A stretch of DNA of 63,431 nucleotides, filler included, from Octopus bimaculoides (Eukaryota): NCBI RefSeq assembly GCF_001194135.2. It is 5 parts of 5 records of this genome, joined end to end, with 100 filler letters (N's around TTAATTAATTAA, not from the genome) between each part and the next. Parts side by side here need not be neighbours in the genome. Positions count along the whole stretch, not along the records: positions 1 to 29,598 come from NC_069000.1; positions 29,699 to 40,357 come from NW_026371606.1; 3 more parts are not named here. One strand, given 5' to 3'. This document shows positions 27,892 to 40,357 of this stretch, piece by piece; position 1 is the stretch's first letter, and each line of letters starts with the position of its first letter. The notes beneath the pieces are model-generated. The model worked only from the letters and a program-made list of their open reading frames with translations. It was not told the origin of the DNA and did no database searches. A program made the position numbers and the translations under genes.

Positions 27892-28660
27892 TGTGTGTTT
27901 CCGCGTTCGACGACAACGTCACATTTTGTATATGAGTGTCTATGTGTGTGTGAGTGTACGAGTGTGTATGTGTCTGAGTGTGTGTGTGTTTTCGCGTTTG
28001 ATACGTTATTCAACACACGCACATCTTCACATACATATACATATGTGACGAGTGATATGCGTGAATGTATGTCTGTGTGTGTCTTTCTTACTATATAGTA
28101 TAACACCCTATGACTGTCAACATATCGTTTTTTTTCATTTCGATTAAGACAATATAACTTTTCATACACATAATCTTTCTATAGTCAACTATAGTACAAG
28201 ATATTTTATATGAGTGTGTATGTATCTGTGTATGCATTTGCGCGTTCGATATGTACGGGATAGTAAAGGACATTTTATACCACGACACGACGATGTCACA
28301 TATATGAGCATGTATGTGTTTGTGAGTGTATGTGTGTGGGTATATGAGTGTGTATGTCTCTCTGACTCTGTGTGTGTTTCCGCGTTAGCTACGTTATTAA
28401 ACATACACACACATCTACACATACACATGTGACGACTAACATGCATGAATGTATATCTGTATGTGTCTCTCTCACTATATGTTTGTGACTGTATGTGAGA
28501 GTGTATGTGTGTGTGTCGTCACATTTTGTATTTGAATGTGTATGCGTTTGTGAGTGTGTGTTTGTGCGCCCGTTACGTACGTTATTAAACACACACATCC
28601 ATCTACACATACATGTACATATTTGACGATACGGCTGGAGGGGAAACTCTTGACAAAAAA
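27842..28660. repeat. Complex TG-rich satellite with recurring non-microsatellite blocks
   Basis: cgcgtt..tacgttatt(c/a)aaca(c/t)ac..catct..acatac..tgacga recurs about three times; cgtcacattttgta occurs twice. Confidence 0.7.
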
Positions 28661-28889
28661 CAATTACGTGGCAGGTCCAAGTTTTATAAAAATACACATC
28701 TACCATTCAATTAAACGTTCATAATTATCGCAGCAGTTGCAATGTATTTGCAATTTGCTTATATTTGGTTTATTTATACTGCATACAAAAATATAGACAT
28801 ACTAAATATATACAACTGCTTACAAAGATAGAGATTAATGTATATTTTTTCTATGTTCATAATTTTTTGTTTAAAGTATTGAAAAAAAT

Positions 28890-29563
28890 ATGCCATCAAA
28901 GAAAAGACATAATTTCTCCAGAAACACCTATAAAGCAAGGAGGAGTGCAAAAGATCGAAGGTGAGTGTCTCAAGAGATAAGAGACATGAGACTTTCTCAA
29001 CATCAGCAAAAGCATGCTGCAGCACGTCAGATGAGTCTCAATACAGAAGGGACATGACACTTTCCAAAGATCACCAAACGCATGCTGCAGCACGTCAAAT
29101 AGTCTCAAAGAGAAAAAGAGAGGAGACCTTCTCAACATCAGCAAAGGCATACTGCAACACGTCTGATGGAGTCCCAAGACAGAAGGGAGATGAGACTCTC
29201 TCAAGATCAGCAAAGGCATGCTGCAGCACTAAATGTTTAATCATTAAGACAACGTCTAGCACGCTACATTACACAGACGTCCAATAGCATAGCTCTCAGA
29301 AACACACCACGTACAAATTCGTTCTTCACAACACCTGGAGCTGCTTTCAGATATGATCCATCCCATTCTTATAAAAATGATAATTCTATCCAAATTGGTG
29401 AGCTAAACTCAAATTGTCGTTTATGAAAAGCTTTAAAATTTACTCCACAAATGTTTCGTTGTCAATGCTGCACTTTTCTAAATCACCTGTTTCAACATAA
29501 CTGTAATATATATAAACAAACTATGCCGTTTTAATTCCGAGCAACGCCGGGTATCTCTGCGAG
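28890..29563 (+). mobile_element. Internally deleted Helitron: Rep/Hel N-terminus with four ~23-aa repeats, zinc-finger remnant, 3' hairpin and CTAG-like end
   Basis: ATG 28890: MPSKKRHNFSRNTYKARR; repeats ESQDRREMRLSQDQQRHAAA-like x4 (66-69 bp); AAFRYDPSHSYKNDNSIQIGELNSNCR (Helitron AFxYDP..IG..C motif); 3' ccgagcaacgccggg hairpin, then CGAG|T at 29560-29564. One stop and frameshifts. Confidence 0.75.
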
Positions 29564-29567
29564 TGTG

Positions 29568-29598
<31 letters not shown>

Positions 29599-31449
29599 NN
29601 NNNNNNNNNNNNNNNNNNNNNNNNNNNNNNNNNNNNNNNNNNTTAATTAATTAANNNNNNNNNNNNNNNNNNNNNNNNNNNNNNNNNNNNNNNNNNNNAA
29701 AAAAAAAAAAAAATAATAATAATAATGACTTCTGATTTTGGCACAAGGTCAGCAAATTTTGAGGGGAGGTGGTTGGTCAATACTATCAACTCCAGGTGAG
29801 TGGTATTTTATTTCATCAAACCAAATAGATAAAAGACAAAGTTGACCTTGGTGGAATTCGAACTCAGAGTTGGAAGAAATACCCCCAAGGCATTTTCTGA
29901 CATTTAACAATTCTGGCAGCTCACTAACAATAATCCTTTGTGGGAGAGGTGCAATCAATTACATTGATTCCAGTGCTCAACAGGTACTTCATCAATCCCA
30001 AAAGGATAAAAAGGTAAAGCTGACCTTGGCAGAATTTGAACTCTAAATATAAAGCAGGAATAAATGCTGCTAAGCATTTTGTCCAATGCATTAATAGTTT
30101 TGCTAGCTCACTGCCTTAATAACGATGATGATGATGATGATAATAATAATACAGTTCTGGTAAATAAAAATAATAATAATGATAAGCAGTGCTGGCAACA
30201 TGAAAAGAGCACCCAGTTTACACTGTAAAGTGTTGGCATTAGGAAGGGCATCCAACCACAGAAACCATGCCAAAACAAACACTGGAACACAACACAGTCT
30301 TTATAACATCAGATCCTGTCAACTCGTCCAACACATGCCAGCACTGAACATAGATGTTAATTGATGATGATAATGATTTCCTTTAAATAACAACAAATAG
30401 TATTGGGAGGAAAGGTGCATCTCTGATCATGAGCAGGAATAGTGGGGGAGCATCATAGCTATGCGTTGAGAGGAATTCTTAGGGATTTGAATAATTCACC
30501 TCTAGAAACAGCAGTGTTTCATTCATCAGCCTTAAACAAACTTCATTCAGGGACCTTTTGAGTGGGATGAGCTACTCAACTGTAAGAAGATTTTCAGTGG
30601 GTCCCATCTGCAAGGTTATGCGCTGTTTATCTTGATATGAGTTCACTGTGTCGCACACATATGGTTATGATACATGTGCCTACTGTACCCTCATAAGATG
30701 GGTAGGTATATTGGGTTCTATATATTTGTAACCCAGCGCCACTTTGATGGCATGTATTTCTCTCTCACTCAATAATAATGGTTTCAAATTATGCCACAAT
30801 ACCAGCAGTTTCGGAGTAGGTAGTGAGTCAATCACACTGACTCCAGTACTCAACTCGTGCTTATTTTATCAACCCCGAAAGGATGACAGGTAAAGTTGAT
30901 GGACAGAATTTGAACTCAGTATGTAAAGATGGACAAAATAATAAGCATTTTGCCTTGCTTACTAACATTTCTGCCAGCTTGCCATAATAATAATAATAAA
31001 AATCCTTTCTACTATAAGTACAAGGTGTGAAATTTGTGAGGAGGGAGTTGATTAGTGACCTCGGTGCTCAGCTGGTACTTAATTTATCGACTCTGAAAAG
31101 ATGAAAGGCTATGTCGATCTTGGCAGAATTTGAACTCAGAACATACAGGATTTGAACCCAAAATATCAAAGAACATAACTAAATCCCATAAAGCATTTTG
31201 CCCTGTGCCCTGCTATTCGCTGTCAGGTGAATCAATACTAATAACACTTATTTTATTGATATCTAGAGGATGATGATGGGGAGGATTATAAAACAACAAA
31301 GTAATTCAGATGTGGAATTTGAACATAGGTGGTATATATACTTTAAAACATTTGGATTGGTATGTTTACCAATTATGCTAATCAAAAATAGTTATTTTAA
31401 AATTAATGAGAATATTCTGAAATGAAATAAAGATGAGAAATTTATTTAC

Positions 31450-31491
31450 CTGCAGTAGCAACAACAGGTCCCTCTGTCGCTGGGATGAGAC
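31450..31491 (-). CDS. Short linker/stalk exon of the IgSF gene
   Basis: Poly-T acceptor tttttttttaatgtag| and donor GCAG|gtaaat; 42 bp, phase 1/1; (G)LIPATEGPVVATA continues in frame from the C2 exon. Confidence 0.7.
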
Positions 31492-32045
31492 CTACATTAA
31501 AAAAAAAAACACGTGCAGAAATCATGCAAGAACCATGCATCATATTTACAGAAGGATTTGACATGCAATAATTTGAGGAGGTGAAGCACAGACTTGAAAA
31601 TTTTTCTACTTTTTCATAAATTTTGAAATTCCAAAATGCTTCAAAATTTTATATATATGTTTCCTATTTTTGATAGCCACCACAAGAGCTAGTTCTTTTG
31701 GTTGGGTGGGGGCTTGTGTGCCTCATTGACCATGAGAAGAGCTATACCAGCAAAGTACAACCTGCTAGTAGGGCCTCCCACACCAGACAGGTCAAAGGAT
31801 AGAGGACAGACTAATATGGACCAACTCTTCCCAGAGGAAAAAACAGGTTTGCTGTAGGGCCAATGGCCCTACGTAGAAAGAAAGCAAAGTTACTGTAGCA
31901 TCAAAGACAATTCAAAATCAACAGGACCTGTGGGAGAGGAAAACAGGCCAGAGTCAAGAATAGTGAAAAAATATCAGCAATAGTTCATTCATGTTCTATA
32001 GGAAGCAAAGGGCTTAAGTATTTTTTAAATAAACTTATATTCATT

Positions 32046-32103
<58 letters not shown>

Positions 32104-32704
32104 NNNNNNNNNNNNNNNNNNNNNNNNNNNNNNNNNNNNNNNNNNNNNNNNNNNNNNNNNNNNNNNNNNNNNNNNNNNNNNNNNNNNNNNNNNNNNNNNN
32201 NNNNNNNNNNNNNNNNNNNNNNNNNNNNNNNNNNNNNNNNNNNNNNNNNNNNNNNNNNNNNNNNNNNNNNNNNNNNNNNNNNNNNNNNNNNNNNNNNNNN
32301 NNNNNNNNNNNNNNNNNNNNNNNNNNNNNNNNNNNNNNNNNNNNNNNNNNNNNNNNNNNNCTATAGTCACTTCAGTTATTAACAATTTTAACAAATTTAA
32401 CAATTTCAAATTGTAAACCTGATAAAATTAATGTTGTATATGAGTTGCACAGAGTTTAACCATTTCAGTACCAACCCGGCTGAAACCGGCTCTGGCTCTG
32501 AGTACAATTGTCTTGTTTTCATAAGTTTTGAATTTAAATCTTCCACAAAACATTAGTCACAATTTATGTTCCTAACACAAGCTGAATGATAACTAAGTTA
32601 TTTTACTAAATTCTTTGTTATATTTGAAGTAATTGAAAGAAACACAGAGCATCTCAAAATAAATACAGTAACGAAAGGGTTAAAGGCGCATCATATAAGC
32701 AAAG

Positions 32705-33210
32705 GGTTAGCCCAAAAGTCTGGGGTTTTTTTTGTTGACACTAAACTTTAAGCAATCTAATAACCAGATAACTTTAGTCTGTCCCTTGTGCATGCACACC
32801 CATGAAATACTTGACACTTCAACATTGTTCAACATGAACTTGTAACAAGAAGTTATATTTTGTGTGCTTGGTATCAACCTGAAAATGGACAACCAAGATG
32901 ACCATTATGAACACTTTGTCTTTTTATTTTAGAAAAGGCAAGAAAGCAGTGGAAACCTGCAGGAAGATATGTGCTATATATATGGAGATTATGTATGTGC
33001 CACAAGTGATTTTCAAGATTCTGATCACCAAATTTTTCAGTTCTCAATCTGGCCAGCCAACTGAATTTAACAGTGACACCAAACCCCATTAAACAACTAG
33101 AATGATCGCAGATATTTCCCAAATATTCAAAAGCTGAGATGCACTGCTTTGAATATGATGGTTTAAAGACAATTACTTTTACCCCATACTGATAAAAGGT
33201 TGGTTTCTTA
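32705..33210 (+). mobile_element. Mariner transposase N-terminal remnant
   Basis: MDNQ...FYFRKGKKAVETCRKICAIYG. Confidence 0.7.
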
Positions 33211-34258
33211 TTTATCCCTAATTTAGTTTACATTCTCTTTAGATATGCTATAGTTATCCTTGATTCTTTCTGCAAATTCACTTTATGATTTTCAATTTTG
33301 GAGTTGAACACTTTACCTCATTTTCCTAGTTAGTGTAATTTGAATCCTCACAAAAGCAACACTACTTTAAGGTTTGCTATGCTTTGATAAATGACCTTGA
33401 ATATTTTTTGTGATGATGGTTATTTTTGCTGGTTAGCACCAGTTCTGCCCTCAAAGATATTCCATCCATAATCATCTTGGTCTTTACTTCATGTAAAATA
33501 GGATCATATTATACAAATGCTCATTGCTTTTTAGATACTGGGGAATAATTTGAGGTAAATTGAGTAGCCCTTTCTAGTACATGAAGTAACCACACAGGGT
33601 ACACTCTGGGTGATGGTGGCTGTGGTAAAAATGGTGATGAGGATGATGATGGCAGTTGTTCTTTAGCTCCATGCTGTTAACTGATTGAGCAGACTTATGA
33701 TCAAAGCTGTTCTAGCCATGACCTCCCATTCACTTTTTCAGATATTGTGTGGAGAAGATGACATTGTGCAACATATCTTTCCTTTAAAACTAAAAAGGCA
33801 TGACTTGAGTGCTGTTTAAGTAGGCTGAGTGACCACACAGATGTTTCCATGATAGTGGAAGTGATAATGAAGGTTTCGTGGGAGTCAAAATGATGATGGT
33901 GATTAAACATGAATATAAATATATCTGTCCATGTATACATGGAAGCACAGGTATACGCATATGCTTATTCAAATATGTGCATAAACAGGTATTCATGTAC
34001 ACAGACATACATATATATATATACATACAGATAGACAGACAGAAACAGATGTTCACACTTGCAAAAAATGACCGCACATACATTTGTAAAAACAAACACA
34101 GACATGCATAAACACATGCAAAAGTATAAAAGTACACAAATTAGAAAATAAACTCATGCTTGCACACATGCATAGTGACAATGTAAGAGCTGCCTGCATC
34201 TATAAAAAAGAAACTTAGAGTAAACAATGTAACAGAAAGAAAATTTTGTTGCTTTTAC

Positions 34259-34567
34259 CTGGGATGGAGATTGTTTTGGAAAGGCTTTCTGAAAATACTG
34301 TACAAGTGATGGTCGTATTGCTGCTGTCTTTAATTGTTACATTGTACTTATAGTCAGACTGTACTGGAGTAATACAAGAGCTCCTGCTTGACACTTGTAC
34401 TCTGTCTATTGTCTCTTCCCCATCTGCATTGTTACCATGTTTTACAGTCCATTTGAAGATGACAACAGTTTCAGATTTTGCAGCATTTGCATCACATCTG
34501 AAGGTAGATATCTGGTTCTCCGCAGGAAATGGGTAGGGATCTTGCAAACTCTTTATATAAGATTTCG
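34259..34567 (-). CDS. Exon encoding an immunoglobulin C2-like domain (same gene)
   Basis: Acceptor catttctttgcag| and donor CCAG|gtaaaa; 309 bp, phase 1/1, open: (A)KSYIKSLQDPYPFPAENQISTFRCDANAAKSETVVIFKWTVKHGNNADGEETIDRVQVSSRSSCITPVQSDYKYNVTIKDSSNTTITCTVFSESLSKTISIP. Cys...Trp...Cys spacing fits an Ig fold, and the phase is compatible with the V exon. Confidence 0.85.
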
Positions 34568-34965
34568 CTGCAAAGAAATGTAATAAATTATATACCATCA
34601 TCATCATCATTTTACATCTGCTCATCAATCTGGCATGAGTTGGATACTAACATATGTAAATCATAAGACAATAATCCTCACAATATAATATGGTTACACT
34701 GTCACAAGCTACAATGTTCATGCAATATAAAACTAAAATGTCTGACATCAATCAAACTATCTGAAACGCTGTATTACAATGTGAGCAGCTGCTTCCTAGT
34801 TTTCAACTAACTTTATAGCTCTAAACCAAAGTGGAACAGAGTTTAAGACTATATCAACACAAGAACGACACATACACACCTAGTCATTTATGTATGACTG
34901 TGTACACACACATATATGGGCATGTGCAAATATGTATATATGTACTCATATAACATACATGTAAA

Positions 34966-35562
34966 TATTGGGTTGTCCGGAAAGTTTGTGCTGATTTTCC
35001 AAAAGGTTCTTCTCACTCAACTCATGTGGTACCCAAACATCGTAGCGATTTGTGTACCCAAGCTTTACCAGGTGCTCATGAACGACGGATTTTGATAGGT
35101 TGAGGCTTTCTGCCAATTCTCAGGTTGTGCAATGTGGGTAATTCTCAATTAATGACTTGATTTGGTCATCATCTGTAGTGGATGGTCTGCCTGATCACTC
35201 TTTATCAATAAGGCTACAATCTCCAGCTCGGAACCTTGCGGGCCACTTCCGTACAGTTCTTTCAGATAAAAAAACATCACCATAAACTGCATATTTCTTT
35301 GGTTGCTTGTGAAGCATTTTTCCCCTTTACAGAAAAAGAAAAGCATCAAGTGCTCAAAATGAACTTTCTTATCTTCCATTTTAAAGGGTTACATATTAAC
35401 ACAGGTTATAGGAACATAAACCTTCTTCCACAAAAAGATAGCTTAAACTATGCTCTAAATGGAGGTGTAGTCAAATCTTATTTTATAGACTCAACCATGT
35501 TCTAAAATAAGTCGAAAGGTAAGCTACTATAAATCGACACGAACTTTCCAGACAACCCAATA
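34966..35562 (-). mobile_element. Mariner element, internally deleted, both TIRs present
   Basis: TIRs tattgggttgtccggaaagtttgtg / cacgaactttccagacaacccaata; transposase start MEDKKVHFEHLMLFFFCKGEK. Lies in the intron ~400 bp from the C2 exon. Confidence 0.85.
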
Positions 35563-37214
35563 GAACATGTACATACACATGTACAATATCTCCAAATAGT
35601 ATATTAGTGGAAAGTCAGTCAAATGTCATTCGTTCTTCACTAATTTACAACCACAGGGCAACTTCAATTCAACAACACAAGCTAAGAAATTGCTTTGTCA
35701 ACTTTACTATTGTTTACAGTGACTAGTTGTTTCTCATCCATGGTAGCCATTTTCAGTAAGGTCATTGAGTTATTCATAAGTTGCATTTCTTGATTACAGA
35801 TCTTTTATCTTCTGCTGGTTTCTTGTTACTTCAGAGTGCAGCCATACTGAGGCAACACCTTAAAGAAATTTCAACCAAATGAATCAATCTCAATACTTTT
35901 TTCTTTTTCTTAAAGCCTGGTACTTATTCTACTGGTTTCACTTGCCAAACCCCTAAGCCACAGGAATGTAAACACACCAACAGCAGTTGTCAAGCAATGG
36001 TAGGGGGACAAACAGACACACAAAATCACATACATGTGTAAGACATATATTTATATATACAATGAACTTCTTTCATTTTCCCTCTACTAAACCTACTCAC
36101 AAGTCTTTGGTTGGCCTGAAGCTATACCTCAAGACATTTGCCCAAGATGCCACACACTGAGACTGAACTTGGGACTATATGGTTGAGAAGCAAACTTCTT
36201 ACCACACAGCCACATCTAAAGTTTTTATGATACATGTTACCTGTGCTATACATAAAGATATAAAGAAAGCTATTTAAGTACCTACAATTGTCAGATTTCT
36301 GAAATTTAAACAGTGAGTCATGTAGCTCTATAATACTGATAATGAAAATTTGGTCAATAACTTATGCAGGTCTCAGGTAACTGATAATGGACAGTGATTC
36401 CAGTAGAATCTCCAAACTAGAAATAAATGTCACTAATGCAATGAAATAAACCCATTAATTAAAGTTAACTTAGTGCTAGATGGTGCAGCAAGTAAGCATT
36501 ATTTTAAAATGTCTATTTCATTATTAGGCAATGTCAATAGATATTTCCTGGACCTTCAGGCAGGTCTTATCAGGTTGAAGGGTAACAGACAGACAAAACC
36601 TTAACAACTAATAATGAGTTCTAGCCTAGACACAAAAGCATAAACTCTTTGCTCGTTTTTGGGTAAGTGGTATGAAGAGAGTTATTTTAACACTTTTGTT
36701 ATCATATTTCTGTTGAAATACACTGACTTTGTTTCAATAAATTCTGAAAATAATGGAGAACTTAGAAAAATATCTTTGTCATTATTAAGCTGGCATTTAG
36801 AAGATAAATTAGCATGAAAGCTTGACATAAAGTTTTAATTACAACCATTTTAAAACTAGAGCTGGCAGAAGATGGGGGTCTCAGACAGGTGAGTATCAAA
36901 ACGGTTAAATTCAAACTTAGCACTTGTCTGATATTTAATTCCATCAAGCTCAGAAGAATGAAAGTCAAAGTTGACTTTAGTAGGAATTGAACACAAGATA
37001 TAAAGAGCCAGGACAAATAATACAAGTCTGATGCTTTAACAATTCTATTAATGCCCTTCCCTAGTAAAAAATATTGTAAGCTTAAATTCAAAGGCAAGAT
37101 TTTGGAGGAGCAGGTACAGTAAATTAAATCTGATCCCAGTATTTGCCTGGTATTACATTTTACTTACTCTTATAGAATAAAAAGTAAAATGTGACCTTCA
37201 TGGGATTCAAGGTC

Positions 37215-37815
37215 AGAACATGAAAAAACTCATGTTGTGTTGAATATGTAATGAGTTTGATAGAAATGTTACTGTATGTAAATGAATGTCCTTGCCCAAA
37301 CCAGTATAAGTGGTGGCAACATGATGAGGTAGCAAAAGTTCTGAGTTGGAAACTGTGTGAAAAGTGGAAGTAAGAGAGAGGTAAGACATGGTATTACCAC
37401 AAACCACAGAGAATGACCAACTTGCAAAATCCTGTGGGATTTCCCAATTCAAATGGACCAGATAGATGCTTGTGCATAACAAACTGGACCTCAAGGTGGT
37501 GGACAAAATATATCATGTGCATTCTGTAATAGATGTTGCATGTCCATCTGACTCATGGATAGTTACAAAGGAAGGCAAGAAAGTAGACGTGTACAATGTC
37601 AATCCACTTAAATATGGATTTAAGAGGATTGACTGTGGAAGATAAAAATAGTGAAGATAGTGACAATTATTATTAGGGCCTTGGGAACAGTATCAAAGGA
37701 TATTGAGTGGAATATAAAGAAAATGGGAACAGAGTGTCCAGTAGAGCTGTTGCAAAACATCTGCCTCCTTGGTAGAGTCAGTAGCATCAAGAAAGTACTA
37801 GATTGTGGAAGAGAA
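37215..37815 (+). mobile_element. R4/Dong-like non-LTR retrotransposon 3' fragment (restriction-like endonuclease domain)
   Basis: QHDEVAKVLSWKLCEKW...WYYHKP...KILWDFPIQMD...HNKLDLKVVDK...IDVACPSD..I..KEGKKVDVY...IIIRALGTVSK...LLQNICLLG matches the RHD / KILWD / PD..IDxxxP / K..KY / GALG pattern of RLE-type LINEs. Confidence 0.85.
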
Positions 37816-39019
37816 CAAATAGAGAACTGTATGTTACAGGTAGCCAGCCTACTACTCATGCAAGATTCCAGGAGTTCCAACAAAACCCCAAGTTAAAAGA
37901 TTAGTAACATTAATAATTCTTTCTGCTATAAGCACAAGGCTTGAAATTTTTAAATGAAGGGGCTAGTTTATTGCAGCAACTCCAGTGCTCAACTGGTTCT
38001 TATTTTATCAACCTCAAAAGGATGGAAAGCAAAGATGACCTCAGTGGAATTTGAGCTTAGCATGTAAAAAGCCAGAAGAAATATTATGCACTTTGTCTGG
38101 TACGGTAACAATTGTCAGCTCGCTGCCTTTCAAATTTTGGTGCAAATCCAGCAATTTTGAGGAAAGGGGAAAAATCAATTATATCGACTCCAGTGCTTGA
38201 CTGGTATTTATTTTAATGAGGTAATATTTATTCCCACTTAGCGTGAATGTTCTGTAAGAACAGACATTACTGTAGTAGATGCCATGAGAGAAACACTCAT
38301 ATAGGCTTTTGGGGCAAAATGCATGCTGTTTACAATGCTTGCTGGGACTCTACGAACACCAGCACTGAGACAACCAGATCATATGATCTCAACGTTCTTT
38401 GGTCTCATCAGTTCATCAGCGATAGATGCTCGACCACTAGAGATAACAGTGGCTCATCTACCTGCTAGCAACATATAGAAAATTGTTACCTTAACAGTCA
38501 CTGATATCACAATTAGCCTGTGAGCATGTTAAAAAAATATATATTAGCGACAGAAGCAGTATTGATACTGAGAGGTCTCGAAAAGACCAAAGTCAAAGTT
38601 AACCTAAGTGAGATTTAGGTTTAACATATACAGACTCAGAAGAAATGGTACTAAGCACTTTGTCAGACACATTAATGATTCTGCCAGCCTGCAACCTTAA
38701 GAAAAATAGTAATAATGATAATTTTTTTTCTAATTTTGGCAAAGGCTAGCAATTGTAAGAGGAGAAAGCAAATTGATTATATAGACCTAATGCTTGAGTG
38801 ATGCTTTAAATTAGTAATCCTGAAAGGATGAAAAACAATTGTGATTGATTTGAATAGGATTTGAGCATCACAAGGAAATGTTGCTTAACTCTTTGCTTGA
38901 CATGGTAATAATTTTGTCAGCTAACTGCCTTAAGTAGGATGACACAAATTTTGCAAGAGATTAAATTATATAAATAACAGAAATAAATAATGAAAATTGG
39001 AAAGGAAATAGAATCTAAC

Positions 39020-39328
39020 CTTTTAGAAATTTTGGAGAGGAGGTGGGACTGTTTGTTTGACATTCGTATTGAGCTTCATCCTCACACTGGAGGTTATCTT
39101 TCCAGCACTTCACCTTCTCACCTATTGGTAAATCACACTTAAAATTATTCTTTGTACTCTTGATTAAAAATGCAGTCTTGATTTTATTGTACTCTATCTT
39201 CACAACAGAAGAATTGTTTTGCATTAACTTGAACATAATCAAATTTGCTATTACATAACTACATGTTATTTCCATTCTCTCTCCAATTTTAAAACCATTT
39301 TGGGGTTCCAGGCTTGAAATTTCAATGG
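39020..39328 (-). CDS. Exon encoding an immunoglobulin V-type domain (internal exon of an IgSF gene)
   Basis: Strong acceptor ttttttctttcttacatatag| and donor AAAG|gttaga; 309 bp, phase 1/1, open: (A)IEISSLEPQNGFKIGERMEITCSYVIANLIMFKLMQNNSSVVKIEYNKIKTAFLIKSTKNNFKCDLPIGEKVKCWKDNLQCEDEAQYECQTNSPTSSPKFLK. Shows a B-strand Cys (ITC) and the D-x-A-x-Y-x-C F-strand motif. Confidence 0.85.
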
Positions 39329-39639
39329 CTATATGTAAGAAAGAAAAAATAGATTATCAGACAAAAACATTTTTTTTTTTTACAATGATAAGGTAATTAC
39401 AGTTACAAAACAATTATGACAAAGTTAAAACAGTAAGAGGAAAGGCAGAAATTAGAATCAACAACAGAAAAGAAGATAAACTAGAAAAGCACTCGGAGAG
39501 CGCAGACCTCCACCAAGCAGCTCATTTTTAAGATAGATAAGCGAGTAAAATTACTAATAGAGAAATGAAAATAAACTTTGGGAACAGCAATGCCATCATA
39601 GGTTACGTGGAAACGATTAACGTGTTTTCAAGGGAGATA

Positions 39640-40040
39640 ATCCGCTTTTCATGCTAGCATGGGTTGGACGATTTGACTGAGGACTGGTCAACCAGATGGC
39701 TACACCAGGCTCCAATCTGATTTGGCAGAGTTCTGCAGCTGGATGCCCTTCCTAACGCCAACCACTCAGAGGTGCTTTTACGTGCCATCGGCACGGAGGC
39801 AAGTCAGGTGGTACAAGCAATGGCCACGCTCAAAATGGTGTATTTTACGTGCCACCTACACAAGAGCCAGTCCAGCGGCACTCGTAACGATCTCGCTCGA
39901 AAGTCTTTACACGTGCCAGAAAGATGACGCTGGGCACAGGTGCCATCACGATTTTGCTTTTGCTTGCCCCAACAGGTCTTAGCAAGCGGAGTTTAGTGTC
40001 CAATGAAGGAAAGGTACGCATAAGTGGGCTGGCTACACCC
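39640..40040 (+). mobile_element. Interspersed repeat with RTE-associated tail motif (ggatgcccttcctaacgccaacc)
   Basis: The same motif occurs inverted at ~30215-30340 (ggcattaggaagggcatcc); internal repeated tttacgtgcca motifs. Confidence 0.55.
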
Positions 40041-40049
40041 CTGGCAGAG

Positions 40050-40357
40050 GCCTTGGATTTAGATCTCACTTGGCTTGCCGGGTCTTCTCACGCACAGCAT
40101 AATTCCAAAGGTCTCGGTCAGAAGTCATTGCCTCGGTGAGGCCCAAGGTCTTGCTTCACCACCTCATCCAAGGTCTTCCTGGGCCTACCTCTTCCACAGG
40201 TTCCCTCAATTGCTAGGGAGTGGCACATTTTCACACAACTATCCTCATCCATTCTCGCCACATGACCATACCAGTGCAATCGTCCTTCTTGTACACCACA
40301 GCTGATGTTAGGTTCAACTTTTCTCTCAAGGTACTTACACTCTGTCTAGTATGCACA
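40050..40357 (-). mobile_element. RTE-clade LINE 3' end fragment
   Basis: LREKLNL..SCGVQEGRLHWYGHVARMDEDSCVKMCHSLAIEGTCGRGRPRKTLDEVVKQDL..LGLTEAMTSDRDLW; abuts an assembly gap. Confidence 0.85.

Noticed and set aside
38247-38468. 73-aa ORF near the V exon
   Set aside because: It is on the opposite strand to the gene, has no Ig features and lacks consistent splice sites.
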